Positions 46,988 to 60,560 are shown, numbered from the stretch's first letter. The stretch: 64,000 nt of DNA from Lytechinus pictus (GCF_037042905.1 NC_087254.1:20398001-20462000); one strand, 5' to 3'. The notes: generated by a model from the letters alone, not told the origin. Translations and numbers: made by a program.

Positions 46988-47671
46988 AGCAGTAGTATGT
47001 ATGTATATTAGTAGTATCAGCAGCAGCAGCAGCAGTATAGTAGTAGTAGTATAGTAGCAGCAGGTAGTAGTAGTAGTAGTAGTAGTAAAGAAGTATAGTG
47101 GTGGTGGTGGTGGTCAGGGTCGGATCCATGACTTTCCAGGGGGGGGGGGCAAATTTTTTGGAGGAAAATTTAATTTGGCAAGCAAAAAAAACCCACAAAT
47201 TATTTCGTACCCGAAAAAAATGATCCGCCAGGTGTGGTGGTGGTGGTAGTAGTAGTAGTAGTATTGTAGTAGTAGTAGCAGCAGCAGTAGTAGAAGCAGC
47301 AGCATTAGTAGTAGCAGCAGCAGCAGACGTATTAGTAGTAGTAGTAGTAGTAGTAGAAGTAGTAGTAGTAGCAGCAGCAGCATTAGTATAGTAGCAGCAG
47401 CAGACGTATTAGTAGTAGTAGTAGTAGTAGTAGTAGATATATATAGAAGTAGTAGTAGTAGCAGCAGCAGCAGCATTAGTTTAGTAGCAGCAGCAGCAGA
47501 CGTATTAGTAGTAGTAGTAGTAGTAGTAGTAGTAGCAGCAGCAGTAGTAGCAGCAGCAGCATTAGTATAGTAGCAGCAGCAGCAGACGTATTAGTAGTAG
47601 TAGTAGTAATAGCAGCAGCAGTAGTAGCAGTAGCAGCATTAGTATAGTAGCAGCAGCAGCAGCAGACGTAT

Positions 47672-47731
<60 letters not shown>

Positions 47732-47790
47732 CAGCAGCAGTAGTAGTAGCAGCAGCAGCATTAGTATAGTAGCAGCAGCAGCAGACGTAT

Positions 47791-47847
<57 letters not shown>

Positions 47848-47906
47848 CAGCAGCAGTAGTAGTAGCAGCAGCAGCATTAGTATAGTAGCAGCAGCAGCAG
47901 ACGTAT

Positions 47907-47969
<63 letters not shown>

Positions 47970-48226
47970 CAGCAGCAGCAGTAGTAGTAGCAGCAGCAGC
48001 ATTAGTATAGTAGCAGCANNNNNNNNNNNNNNNNNNNNNNNNNNNNNNNNNNNNNNNNNNNNNNNNNNNNNNNNNNNNNNNNNNNNNNNNNNNNNNNNNN
48101 NNNNNNNNNNNNNNNNNNNNNNNNNNNNNNNNNNNNNNNNNNNNNNNNNNNNNNNNNNNNNNNNNNNATTAGTATAGTAGCAGCAGCAGCAGACGTATTA
48201 GTAGTAGTAGTAGTAGTAGCATGCAG
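46988..48226. repeat. Compound (TAG)n/(CAG)n microsatellite with higher-order periodicity; assembly gaps at 48019-48167 and 48227-48532
   Basis: Recurring block cattagtatagtagcagcagcagcagacgtatt(agt)n; N runs. Confidence 0.95.
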
Positions 48227-48746
48227 NNNNNNNNNNNNNNNNNNNNNNNNNNNNNNNNNNNNNNNNNNNNNNNNNNNNNNNNNNNNNNNNNNNNNNNNNN
48301 NNNNNNNNNNNNNNNNNNNNNNNNNNNNNNNNNNNNNNNNNNNNNNNNNNNNNNNNNNNNNNNNNNNNNNNNNNNNNNNNNNNNNNNNNNNNNNNNNNNN
48401 NNNNNNNNNNNNNNNNNNNNNNNNNNNNNNNNNNNNNNNNNNNNNNNNNNNNNNNNNNNNNNNNNNNNNNNNNNNNNNNNNNNNNNNNNNNNNNNNNNNN
48501 NNNNNNNNNNNNNNNNNNNNNNNNNNNNNNNNTATATGAGAAGAGTATAGTAAGCCAAAGTATTCACAAAATCATCTTAGGTTATTCAAAAACTTGCAGT
48601 GATATCATAATTTCATTTCTGCACTCTACTATTTCATTTATTATCATCAGATAACACTATAATGACGAGATGACAAGGAATCCGCTGTTACGTTTTCCAC
48701 CACATATGATATTGTGCCATTCATCATCAAATCACTGCCGGTCCAA

Positions 48747-48942
48747 ATGAAACTCCAAATTCCAATGCTGTCCCATGTCACTGCAGTGAAGTCACGATTT
48801 TCGTCTGTGACTTCTCACATCTGGGAAACCTTGAGCGATGGGCGTGTCCTTGGCAGAGCTCTCTTCTGGTATATCTGGATCCTGGTTGTCATGGCAACCG
48901 TTTCAACGCTTGCTCTTTGGGCGTCGTTTGATGCAAGTTATG
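48747..48942 (+). CDS. B4GALT5/6-like: Beta-1,4-galactosyltransferase (B4GALT5/6-like), coding exon 1: cytoplasmic tail and TM
   Basis: First ATG after in-frame stops; ALFWYIWILVVMATVSTLALWASF hydrophobic segment; donor G|GTAAGG, phase 1. Confidence 0.75.
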
Positions 48943-49290
48943 GTAAGGAGGAGTTTTTATATCGCTGTCCATTCTTTCTTTGACTTTTGAGAATCAATCG
49001 CATTAATTTGGGGATCTGTAAATTGCTCTCTATCTAATTTTAATTCAAGTTGAAGAGTTTTTTTTTCATTTACAACTACCTAACAAAAACAAATAAAATT
49101 TTGTAGTACAAGAATCATGCCCAAGCTCTCATGGTCTGATAAATTGTGTTGAAAGTAACTTAAATTAAAAAAAACAGAACAAAGTCAATCTACCAAGATT
49201 TAAAAAAAAAACTTTAATCTGTTCTTTTGAAGGTTTGAAGGCCTGCAAAATTAAGATACGACGTGTTTTGCATCATTTTATGTTTCATTG

Positions 49291-49532
49291 CATTGCAAAA
49301 ACTCTGGTGTTGTTTTAACACCAGCCCGGAATCTATATATGTCCACAACAGAGAAGTGTTTAACAACACCAGTTTCGTTTTGGTCTAACACCAGATAGGT
49401 GTTTATACAACACCAATTAGTATCAAAACAGCATCGGTTTGATTCCAAACTGGTGTTGTTTCAATACTTCTCTGGTGTGGACATATATAGATTCCGGGCT
49501 GGTGTTAAATCAACACCTGAGTTTTTGCAATG
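49291..49532. mobile_element. CAC/CAT...GTG palindromic MITE
   Basis: CATTGCAAAAACTC / GAGTTTTTGCAATG, 2-bp TSD TG; same family as 56657-56898. Confidence 0.8.
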
Positions 49533-50861
49533 TGTAAATGAAGCACAGAAGCCCCTGATCATGCTTCAATACTGACAAGGGAAGGGGCCAAGCTTAAAGA
49601 AGTGGAATGTGTATATATTATGAACTCAAGAAAAGACTTTCTATCTAGAAAAACTCGGATAGAATGCATGCATGTAATAAGCCGTATTTGATTTTTCGGA
49701 ATTAAATATTTCTCTTCAACAAAACTCTCCCTGTTTAGGGCATGTGTAGAAAGTATCCCTTTGTATGGGTCAGGAACGTGGACAATCAAGAAGTCCTTAA
49801 GATTTAGACTAGATGGCACATAAATATACTCGACTTTTAATGAGGTTACAAAATACTAGTAGGATAGATCACAAAACAAAAGATGAAATTCGTGGAGATC
49901 TTCCCCCATCTCCAACACGGTAATTAAACGTAATTAGTATGAGATTTGCTGGTCACTGTTTTTTTTTCTGATGTTATATTAATTGTTGCGCCTCCCTCAT
50001 AAAACCAGAGGACGGATACCTAATTTGTTACATGATTTCCCAACTCTCATGTCAGATCGCAAAGCCTGGCATATCTCGGATGCGTCCGATTTGTAGTGCA
50101 CTACATGTAGTGTAGTAAATGGTACCACTAAGGGACGCACCATGAGATATCCAGGTGGGTGGGGGGGGGCTGGAAGTTTTTCCCCAAAAAAACTTGACTC
50201 ACCATCAGAGTAAAAAAAAAAAACTTGGTCCATTGATAAATCATCTGAAAGGTGTAAAAACAAAAAGAAAAAACATGTCTCAATGGAGTAAGGAAAAAAC
50301 AAACTTTGCTCAAAGAAGAAAGGATTTTTTTTTGCATCAACCCCTCCCCTAGGTATCAAATGGTGCGTCCCTAAATATACCAACATAGTGAACATTCGTA
50401 GGCATGGTTATACTCAAACTAGAATCCATCATGTCCACATTAGATGCCATGAGCGGAATAGACAAAAATGGGTTTGCCAATATTTTCTTGGCATTTCAAT
50501 CTAAATTCCTTGAGACTCGAAGATAATTGAATCTCCAAACTTACCAAGATTTAAAAATAGTAAATTGCCTATTTTAGTTGACGTACTCAAGAATTAAAAG
50601 ATGAGTGTATCTACTGGGAAAGGCAATAGACAATGCCCCCCCCCCCCTCCTCATACAGTCGTTGTTGTTTGTTGGGTATAATGGCAACCAGTCATGTTTG
50701 ACTATTTTTACCGCAACTGGGTTTTTTTTCTTCGTTCTTTTCGTTTTGTCCCTTTCCTTTCTTTCCTTTTCTTTTCCTCAATCTTTCCTCTCCCATTTTC
50801 GAAGTATACTTTCTTTCCTGTGATTTCTTCTTCTTATTATCATCGTTATTATCCTAAGAAA

Positions 50862-51079
50862 GGAAGTGCGATAGCTCAGTCGGTAGAGCGGGGGTTTCGG
50901 ATTCCGGTGACCCGGGTTCGATTCCCAAGAGGTGCGCTAGTGCCCTTTGGTAAGGCATTTATCCTCATTACCAGGTCCCTCGGAAAGGACCTTAAGCCGC
51001 TGGTCCCCTGGTTGCTTGCTCACAGGCATTCGTGCTTTCTTAGCAGTCAGGTAAAAAAACCTCGGTATAAAAAAAAAAA
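50862..51079 (+). mobile_element. tRNA-derived SINE
   Basis: TAGCTCAGTCGGTAGAGC (A box), GGTTCGATTCCC (B box), SINE body and poly(A) end. Confidence 0.8.
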
Positions 51080-51836
51080 GACTATTGTATCTTATACAGC
51101 TAACCCGGATCCTGTCCGTTCTTCGACACCGTCCAGACATCGTCACTTTTGTCAGTCAAAATTTTGCCAGTCTCCACTTCTTCAAGTCGGCCATTACTAA
51201 TACCATTCATATCATGTTACATTCGTTTATTGTCTTTTATGCTTTTTATCTAAAATTGCATTAGCTTTTTAAATGTATGTAGCCTTTAAAATGTTATTTT
51301 ACATTATGTTTTACTATGTCATTTATTGTGCCAATACAAACTTTTAAACAAGATTTTGTCAGCTCCGGCTGTTTATTCCTATGCGACAGTTATATAAACA
51401 TGTTTGATCATCAATAAAGACCATTTTAAATTGAATTGAAATGAATTGAACTTATAATCTAAACTCAAATCTTTGCCATTATTTTGACGGGCTTTACGTG
51501 GGAGCCACGTTCAAATATTTCAAGGTTCATCTTTAAAATTGTATTTAATTTGCCTATGGCCTATATAAAGATATTTTCCCAATATAATAGCATACAAATT
51601 ATTTTAGAAAGGGGATATCCTACCCTAACCACCAGACGATATGATTGAAATGATTACCCCTGTTCGTGTAAAAAAAAAAAAACCCAGGAATGCTCCCCGT
51701 TAGTGGCGAAAACCATTTTAATGCTTGTCACAGAACTATATGGACGAAATAGAGCGTACCATTGTGGCCTGAACCATGGTTAATACGCTGGCTATATTAT
51801 TTCAAACATTTTATCAATATTTGTTTCACTATGCAG

Positions 51837-51971
51837 GGCGTTCCCTAGTCGTATATCGCTCCGGGAGAGACCTGGATGGAGGATCGGAGTTGATGAGTGG
51901 TCTGAGAAAATTATCAGATCGGATTGGAGAAGCTTTTACAAGATCAAGGACAGTTGATGTCAGAGCGAGAA
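51837..51971 (+). CDS. B4GALT5/6-like: B4GALT5/6-like exon 2 (stem)
   Basis: Acceptor atgcAG at 51836; open 135 nt, phase 1/1; donor A|GTGAGA. Confidence 0.65.
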
Positions 51972-52120
51972 GTGAGAAACTATGTTATTAGCATAATTGC
52001 AGAATTTTGTTCTCAGGAGAGTTGGCAGTCTATATACGCCAGTTTATTTTGGACTTTTAAAAGATACCACCCACTTAATATCTTTCGCAGATTATTTGTT
52101 TCAATGTGAGCTATATAATA

Positions 52121-52766
52121 TGAAGAGCTCGGCTGTAGAAGGGGTTAGATCCACTTTGGGGATCATTTCGAGAAAAATCATATTTGTTTATTCTCCCATA
52201 TTGCAATATTCTTATGAGAAACTAAATTGCCATGATGCACTACCCTGCCGTGTGAACATAGAATTGGGTATAAAAAATGTACCTGTCTTCATTTTTTAAA
52301 TATATATATTTAAAAAAAAATTATCATTGTGGATCTATATCCCCTTTTCAAGCAAACTGAAATGAAGCCAATCCCTTTTGAATAAAAAAGTGAATTTTCT
52401 TTGCCACTTTTATTCACGTTTTAATGTGAATTTCAAATTGTCTTTGGTATCATCAGAGCGACTAAAAATCTATGTTTTGAGACAACAAAAAAATAAAATG
52501 TATGAAAAATGGATTTAACCCCTTTTGACAAATTAGCTCTTCAGAAGAGTTTGTTTGCAAAACGGATTAGATCCACTCCAAGAAAATCATTTTTTTAATT
52601 CTCCCATATTGCAATATTCTTATGCGAAACTAAATTTTCATGATACCCTACCATGTGAACATAAAATTTGATATAAAAGAAACCTACCTGTCTTTATATT
52701 TTTTAGAATATTCTTTTCCAAAAAAAATCTTTGTGGATCTAACCCCTTTTGCAACTGAGCTCTTCA
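52121..52766. mobile_element. TIR element with two internal ~190-bp direct copies
   Basis: TGAAGAGCTC..AAGGGGTTAGATCCAC / GTGGATCTAACCCCTT..GAGCTCTTCA, flanked by TA; ~52145-52335 repeated at ~52568-52750. Confidence 0.7.
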
Positions 52767-53166
52767 TATCTTATCAATTTGTTGATCATTCTTATTGATC
52801 TATATATTTATGGATGGCGCCACACAGAGGAGGGAACCGCAATTAATGTTTATATCCAACTATTCAGGGGGAGAGAGAAGAAGAAAAATTGGTTTAAAAT
52901 TGATTCAGAGGGTTCAGTTGTAGAACTTAATACCCCGTTATACGTTACCCCATCAAAATACCCCGACCCAACTCCCGACTATAAAGCGAGACTTCATCAG
53001 ATAAATAACTCCGGACAGTAATCAAATATCACCGTCGTTCTAACAACTTTCCAACAGATAAAGACTTTAGATCTTGTAAAATAGAAAATGTTTTATCCGA
53101 CACATATTGAATTACATGTATGTTTAGTGTAATAATCATTCCCGTTTTATACATATATTTTTACAG

Positions 53167-53214
53167 AATCTATCCATGGTCCGGTTTGCCCTGAGATAGA
53201 CATACCCGGTTCAG
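53167..53214 (+). CDS. B4GALT5/6-like: B4GALT5/6-like exon 3 (SIHGPVCPEIDIPGS)
   Basis: ttacAG acceptor, CAG|GTAAGA donor, conserved CPE. Confidence 0.8.
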
Positions 53215-53330
53215 GTAAGAGATCTCAAACAGCCCTACAATCCATTTTAATCAAATCGTGATCAATATGTGTCGTTTACGCTCGAAGCGCAATTCGTCAG
53301 ATTTGACAAGCTGAATGATCACCAGACCAG

Positions 53331-53487
53331 GGGCCCGTTTCATAAAGGACTTGCAACTGTTGTAACTTTGCCATTACGGCAACTACCATGGTAAACTTGA
53401 TTATGATTGGCTGCTAAGCCCCGTTACCATGGTAGTTGTCATTATGGCAAAGTTACAACAGTTGTAAGTCCTTTATGAAACGGGCCC
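53331..53487. mobile_element. Harbinger-type palindromic MITE
   Basis: GGGCCCGTTTCATAAAGGACTT / AAGTCCTTTATGAAACGGGCCC; 3-bp TSD CAG. Confidence 0.85.
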
Positions 53488-54516
53488 CAGCACTTGGCTA
53501 TCTTAATTGATACAGATCGGACTGTATACGTGATACTGTACAAACGATGAGAAATTGCCTTATACAGCTTCTACCGTATAGGCAAACACGAAAAATAAAA
53601 ATAAAACATTCGATAATTACTGTCAATTTGCCCTATATACTTTTAAACTTAACCCCCACAGTTATCTAACAAATATAGATACCCCCCCTTTTTTTTGGGG
53701 GGGGGGGTACTTAATCAATCCGCCAGTGAGCATAGTGGGTGTAAGACTCATTTTTAGAAGTTCTCTTGATTGGCACCATACATTTTTATTGCATAATACG
53801 CTCTATTTCTAAGACTTAGTAAATCGAGATCGGTTGTGGTTACTGATCAAACGAACACTTACTTCAAGATTTTATATACTTTAATCAGAAATATTATTTA
53901 AAAAGAGATAAACTTGTTGCCTCGATGGGATTTCAAACTGCAATGGTTTTATACGTGCACACGTCACTATAGAGCCGGGGTAATAGTATGCAGCGCTTAG
54001 AATCATTTGTATTAAGCGCTATTATGAATGCTGCATGCAAGTTCCCCGCTGTGATTAATTCAAATGATATGCAACTAGTTATCAGATGCACGTTCTGAAT
54101 CAATAACTATTTACATAGTTTAGCACCTGACTTATTCTTTAATAAAGCTAACACGTGTCTCTCTCAAAATTTTACTGATCACTAAGAATGATCATTACCT
54201 TTTTTATTATGATTATGAACAAGGTACACTGTAGTCCTATAGGTCTATGATTATGAAAGTTGACATTTGAGCCAAAAAAAGAAGATATATTTGATATCAT
54301 TTCTGAAAAGGAAATCTTATTTTGAATCAAGTCATACAGCTGTACTCATGAGGGCCTTTTTTCCGAGGGGCGGGCCAGAATATACGAACATTGTATGAAA
54401 GGGTACGAAAGTAAGAGAGCAAAGTGAGCTAACTTATCACGAAGCCGTATTTTGCACTTTGAAAGTTGAAAAGAAGGATTTGGTGCACACCTAACCCGCT
54501 ACCATGACTATTTTAG

Positions 54517-54776
54517 ATAAAAACCTAACGCATGAACTCAACGAAACAACAATGAACCACGCAGAGGAACGCATCCTCCTCACTCACACCATGGATGCCC
54601 GTCGGCTCACCCGACATAGCAACGAGAAACTACAGGATCTCTACTACGCAAGGAGGATTAACAGAGCATCTGGAGCTGGTATCCCGGATGTACTGAATGA
54701 TGGGCTTGAGACAGAGGATTATATTGTGTTACCAGGGGGTCATTGGATACCCACCACCTGCTCACCCAGATGGAAG
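54517..54776 (+). CDS. B4GALT5/6-like: B4GALT5/6-like exon 4 (...PGGHWIPTTCSPRWK)
   Basis: ttttAG acceptor, phase 1; GGHWxPxxC motif; donor AAG|GTGAGA. Confidence 0.85.
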
Positions 54777-55173
54777 GTGAGACTTTGGGAAGAAATATGA
54801 AGATATTTATTCCTAAAGGAGTTGGTTCCCTTTTAGACTTGGAAAATTATTTCAAAAAAATTTTATAAAATATATCGCTAGATTTTTAATAGGATGATAG
54901 AATTAATCTATAGGAAAATAGCCAGATCGTGATATCGAAATAGGATAGCAGTGTACAAGGGATAATGATGGCCTATACTGAAAAACCTCCCCAAAAAACC
55001 ATGAAGGGTAAGCTCATTTTGAAAAAAGGCATTCTTTAGAACCTTGCAAAGAAAATGTACTCACAACATTACTTTCTATTAAAAAAATGTAATTAGATTA
55101 TTACTTTATAAATAAATAAATAGTTAAACATTAATTTGTAATGATATATTTACTATCCTTTTTCCCCTTGTAG

Positions 55174-55290
55174 GTAGCAATAGTAATACCATTTCGAGAT
55201 CGTCATCAGCATCTACCTATCTTGCTGCTTCATCTAGTACCTTTCCTAAAGAGTCAATACCTAGAGTTTGCCATATTTGTTGTCGAACAG
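55174..55290 (+). CDS. B4GALT5/6-like: B4GALT5/6-like exon 5 (VAIVIPFRDRHQHL...FVVEQ)
   Basis: GT7 PFRxR motif; canonical splice sites, phase 0/0. Confidence 0.95.
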
Positions 55291-56427
55291 GTAAATATAC
55301 TAAATGAATATAAGCGCACAGAAAAAAAGTTTGGTAATCGCTATATAAACATTAAATTCGTATTATCATAATTATAAGAACAGCCCTATTCCAATATCCA
55401 TCTCTAAATGGCTAACTTGTTTCATGGCTGTACTAAGTAATTTTGAAAACCTGAAAATTCACCAAAAGTGTGCACGAAATCCTTTAATTTCACTCTCGAA
55501 AATGCAAAAGGGCCCCGCATTAGAAGCTCGGTCATTTCGCTCCCTCGCTTTCGGGTTTCTTCGAAAATTTTTAAACTTCTTGCCCCCCTGGAAAAGTTTC
55601 TGCGTACGGCCATGTGCTGTTTATACATGAGGCCATCTTTGTTTAATTGTATCCCGGAATTCCACTCAGAAGTGCCCAATATAATTGAGGAGCTGACCAA
55701 ACTCCTTATTGGACAAACAAAACAAATATTTTATTTTCTTGATTTACTCGAAATGAACTTTCGTGGATCAGGGCCGTCCCTTTGTTATACCCAATTCAAG
55801 ACTAATAGGAATTTCAATATCAATCAGCTCCTCAGTTGAAGTTTGAACGAAATACAATTATCTCTTCAAAATGTATTTAAAAAAGCATTCATTACAAGTC
55901 ATAATTAGGTTGCCAAGAATTATTATTTTTACATGAAATATCATTATATATCATCCAAGTAACTCTGTTGACAACATTTGAGAACTCATCAGGGCGACGT
56001 TATGATTATTTTTTTCACCAAAACCTTGATCTAAACAATTAGTTCTATAGGTCGGATTATTCTCCAAAAAGTGTTGTCAAGTAATTATATCGCAAAAATG
56101 AAATTAGTAGAAAGAAAATACAAAAAGTCATGATTGATTCCTACATACTATACAATATTCGATAGCAAAATAATAGAGCGTCATTTATTAAGAAAAAAGG
56201 GTCTAACTTATGCATACATGAGAATATTTGCAAATTGATTACTTCGTAAAATTTTACTACGAAAATTGACAGATTACGTCACGGTTGACGAGGTACGTGC
56301 CGAAATTCGGCGCGATCGCGTGGTCGACTCCGATTGCTCGTAAAGCCGAACCCCATTAGAGGCATTTCATACTTTCCCCTATGCACATTTTATTTAGTAT
56401 CCGCTTTTATTTCATGCCTATCAATAG

Positions 56428-56615
56428 GAAAATGATCTTCGTTTTAATCGAGCGATGTTGATGAACGTCGGTTTCGTCGAGGCTCTAAACTACACCATGT
56501 TTGACTGCTTTATATTTCATGATGTTGATCATATACCTCTCTCATATGGAAACTTTTATGGATGCAGTGGAATGCCTCGTCATTTCGTCTCAGGTGTCGA
56601 CCGATGGAATTACAA
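56428..56615 (+). CDS. B4GALT5/6-like: B4GALT5/6-like exon 6 (FNRAMLMNVGF...DCFIFHDVDHIP...MPRH)
   Basis: FNRA and DxD (DVD) motifs; HDVDH as in B4GALT5/6; donor AA|GTAAGT. Confidence 0.95.
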
Positions 56616-56656
56616 GTAAGTATAGACACATTATCAAAGTCATTTTGGACGCTATA

Positions 56657-56898
56657 CTCTGCAAAAACTCTGGTGTTGATTTAACACCAGCCCGGAATCT
56701 ATATATGACCACACCAGAGAAGTGTTAAACAACACCAGTTTCGTTTTGGTCTAACACCAGATAGGTGTTTATACAACACCAATTAGTATCAAAACACCAT
56801 CGGTTTGATTCCAAACTGGTGTTGTTTCAATACTTCTCTGGCCGGTGGACATATAGATTTCGAGCTGGTGTTAAATCAACACCGGAGCTTTTGCAGTG
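56657..56898. mobile_element. CAC...GTG palindromic MITE
   Basis: Near-identical to 49291-49532; TA flanks. Confidence 0.8.
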
Positions 56899-57796
56899 TA
56901 TTATCTTTGATATTAAGGTACTACAGGTGAGCGTTTCATCAACAGTTATCGTCTGACAATTGCTCTCGTTGAATTTGAATGGATAAGAAGCTCATGTGTG
57001 TATGTGTGGGTTTGTGTATGTGTGAGTGGTATGGTGTGAGGATGGATGTTTGTGGCTGATTATTAAGTTAATTTGAGATAATTTAGCTTGTTAATGTCAA
57101 TGTGTTTAAATTGTCTTGAACTTATTGTCAGTCTATATTGTTTGTAACTGTTATTTTATGAAAACCAATAAAAACAGAAAAAAAGAAGCTCATGTGTCTG
57201 ACTGTTACCATGGTTACTGTGGGATGACTTTCATGAAATCGTTTCATCAACATTTGTCGTTTCATTGACAATTTTTTGTTGGTTTTGATTGCCTAAGAAA
57301 CAAAGGCGTCTAACTTTTACTAACTGTCGGATGAAATAACCTTGTCATAAAAAAAAGTTCATCATAACAGATTTACTTTGTTGGATAACATAAAAAGGTT
57401 CTTTCATGAAAAGTTCTCTTGAAGATGAGAGAAGGGGCCGCCCGCCTCTATGATTTGCCAGTAAGATAATTGGTCGAACAAAGCAATCATAAAAAGGTTT
57501 ATGATGAGAGCAATATATTTTTGAGGAAAATATCAATTTCAGCTGGTTTTATCTAATCTAAACTCTAAGTAGTCATAATAGCGATTGTTATCATTCATTA
57601 TCGTTTGTCGCCAATGTTATTTTGCTATTTAATCATCATCATCATCATCATCATCATCACCACCACCACCACCACCATCATCATTATCATATTTCTGTAG
57701 TTGTTGCTTTGTATGTAATATCATGATTATTTTCTTCTGGAGAAAATTGCGAAAATTCACGATTATACATTAAATCCTCCTATTTCTAATTAACAG

Positions 57797-58021
57797 ATTA
57801 TTGTATTGGGGATTCTTTGGTGCTGTTACCGGATTCACGAGAACACAGATTGAGACATTTAACGGGTTTCCTAATGTCTATTGGGGATGGGGAGGAGAAG
57901 ACGATGATATCTTAGGCCGGATCAGGGCCAAGGGACTCGCGAAGACCAGGCCTTGGGGACCGGTTGGATTCTATAATGTCATACCACACCATCACAAGAG
58001 CGCCAAGAAAAATATGGACAG
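57797..58021 (+). CDS. B4GALT5/6-like: B4GALT5/6-like exon 7 (FFGAV...NGFPNVYWGWGGEDDD...IPHHH)
   Basis: WGWGGEDDD catalytic motif; phase 2/2. Confidence 0.97.
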
Positions 58022-58577
58022 GTGATCTATAGAATAAGGTTTTGCCCTTATCTAAATGAAATAGCGTCACTTGGTGTTTGTGTATATAGTTTAGATAACG
58101 AATACTAAACGCAGAGATTGTGTTTTCCTGTAATACGTTTTAAACATAACTATGCCACACCTTTATCAATAGTTTATTCGAACTGATTTATAGTCTTTGC
58201 CAACTAAATTTTGATAGACCTTTAGAATAAGGCAATGATCGTGTCCCATGCATGTACCAATAAAAAAAAGCAAGAAAATTTATCGTTCATTATTTTGTTT
58301 TACTGTTTGTGATTCCAAAACAGAAAAGAGGGGAGTTTAATGTACTTCCGTAAAATACAAAACGAAATCGTATTATAATATATAAGGAAAGAAATGGAAG
58401 GCCTATAATAGATATGGAAAGACGGCCACCGAATTCCATTCTTAGCCTTATCTTTGTATAAGAGTGGTTATTTTTATTTATTTTATTTATTACGTATTAT
58501 TTAAACAGTTAACGAACCGAACTTTGAAATGTTTTGGTGGGTTAATTATTTTTCTTTTATAATATGTTTCAACACAG

Positions 58578-58806
58578 GGTATGTCTTCTGAATAATTATA
58601 AAGAGCGCATAGATACAGATGGTCTGAGCAACCTGTACTATGGAACGCCACGTGTGACGCTGTATCCCCTATACACCAACATCGCAGTAGACATTCAGGA
58701 CCTACCCTGGAACGTTGCATGGCATGTATGTGACCGTGATGCTGAACTCTTGGAAAAGATTTTAAAAGAAAAAGATTTTATTGCAGATGAAGGAGATGGA
58801 ACGTGA
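58578..58806 (+). CDS. B4GALT5/6-like: B4GALT5/6-like exon 8 (DGLSNL...LYTNIAVDI, C-terminal extension, stop); spliced total 465 aa
   Basis: acacAG acceptor; DGL and LYTNI motifs; TGA at 58804-58806. Confidence 0.93.
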
Positions 58807-59553
58807 AATACCACTTTGTCTCATATCTTCTATATTATCTTCTTTGTACGAATCTTCAAGTAGCTCATTGTGGAGTAAAATCAATGTGTAAATATCTTTT
58901 TTTTTCTATATATCAAATATTTCAATGCAGAATGTATCGTTATTTTGTCAAAATTTGAATAGGGTTATAGGAAATTCACTTTATTTTTGCTAAGACGCCA
59001 GGGAAAATTGGGGTATTTCATTTTTATAAGACATGCACTTTGCCGTCGCGCGTACATACAACCTTACGTATATAATGCAAAAGTGCATTATTTACTAATA
59101 GCTTTATGTATATCATGAGATGGAAATAAGTAGACTATCACCTACATGTAGACAAAATTAGCAATGCGATACTTAGAAATGATTAGTTCATGCGGTGAAT
59201 GACAATCAGTCAATTTAATATTGGACAAAATTGCAATCAGACCAATATACGCTTTACCCAGATAATGAGAGATTGGGCTACCGAACCATATAAAAATATT
59301 ATCGCAACATTTTATAAGGATTAACAAAATGTTTTTCATGTCGTGTTTTTCCATTTTTCATGCATGATGTCTTATCAAATTTTGAATGTTTTTATGATGT
59401 GAAGTACAATGTATTTTAATGATCTGATTCGATTTTTTTTTCTCTAGAATGTTTTATGAAAGGGTTCCACTTTTTATATTTTAACAAAAAATGTATTTTT
59501 ACCACAGTAAATACCTCAATGACATAATGGGGTGTAATTCTTGTATGTGTTAA

Positions 59554-60157
59554 AGGTCAAGTCCACCTCAGAAAAATGTTGATTTGAATCAATAGAGAAA
59601 AATCAGACGAGCACAATGCTGAAAATTTCATCAAAATCGGATGTAAAATAAGAAAGTTATGACATTTCAAAGTTTCGCTTATTTTTAACAAAATAGTTAT
59701 ATGAACGAGCCAGTTACATCCAAATGAGAGAGTCGATGACATCACTCACTCACTATTTCTTTTGTTTTTTATTGTTTGAATTATACAATATTTCAATTTT
59801 TACGGATTTGACGATTAGGACCTCCTTTGCCTGAAGCACAAAATGTTACAATAATGGAATTTCACGTGTTCAGGGAGGAATGAAACTTCATTTCACATGA
59901 CAATGACGAGAAAATCAAAATATTTCATATTTCATATAATAAAAAACAAAAGAAATAGTGAGTGAGTGACATCATCGACTCTCTCATTTGGATGTAACTG
60001 GCTCGTTCACATAACTATTTTGTTAGAAATAAGCTAAACTTTAAAATGTCATAACTTTCTTATTTTACATCCGATTTTGATGAAATTTTCAGTGTTATGC
60101 TGGTTGAATTTTTCTCTTTTTATTCAAATCACGTTTTTGTTGGGGTGGACTTGTCCT
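59554..60157. mobile_element. Kolobok-type palindromic MITE (same family as 36234-37426)
   Basis: TTAA-AGGTCAAGTCCACC ... GGTGGACTTGTCCT-TTAA. Confidence 0.9.
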
Positions 60158-60356
60158 TTAATAATATTTAAATATTGCAATTGCCGAATGATACAAACAT
60201 GTTTTCTTGATGATTCCAAGAACTTACATTATGTTATATAATGATTTAACATTAATTTTAAAGAGGAATCGTCTTTCCATAATTTATAATATAAATATTT
60301 TTGTTACTTCTGGTTGAATTGCTGACTTCCGTCTAAGTAACTCTCAATTATAGGTA

Positions 60357-60560
60357 CACTGTTAAAAAGCTGTATATACAATTTTAAGCACGTTGTTTAA
60401 GCCCGTCACTCTAACAACTATTTAAACTTTTTAAACAACTGTTTAAACTTTTTAACAATCATTGTTTAAAAAGTTTATACAATTACAAAAAAGTTTAAAC
60501 AACTTGTTGTTAGAGTGTAGACGGGCTTAAACAACGTGCTATTTTTTTTGTTTTACTGTG
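60357..60560. mobile_element. CAC...GTG palindromic MITE
   Basis: Inverted arms agcacgttgtttaagcccgtc / gacgggcttaaacaacgtgct. Confidence 0.65.

Noticed and set aside
46935-48567. Poly-Leu/Tyr/Thr ORFs (also poly-Ile ORF at 4950-5228)
   Set aside because: Translations of trinucleotide microsatellites and N gaps.
50862-50935. tRNA gene
   Set aside because: A and B boxes are present, but there is no paired acceptor stem and it continues into a SINE body and poly(A).
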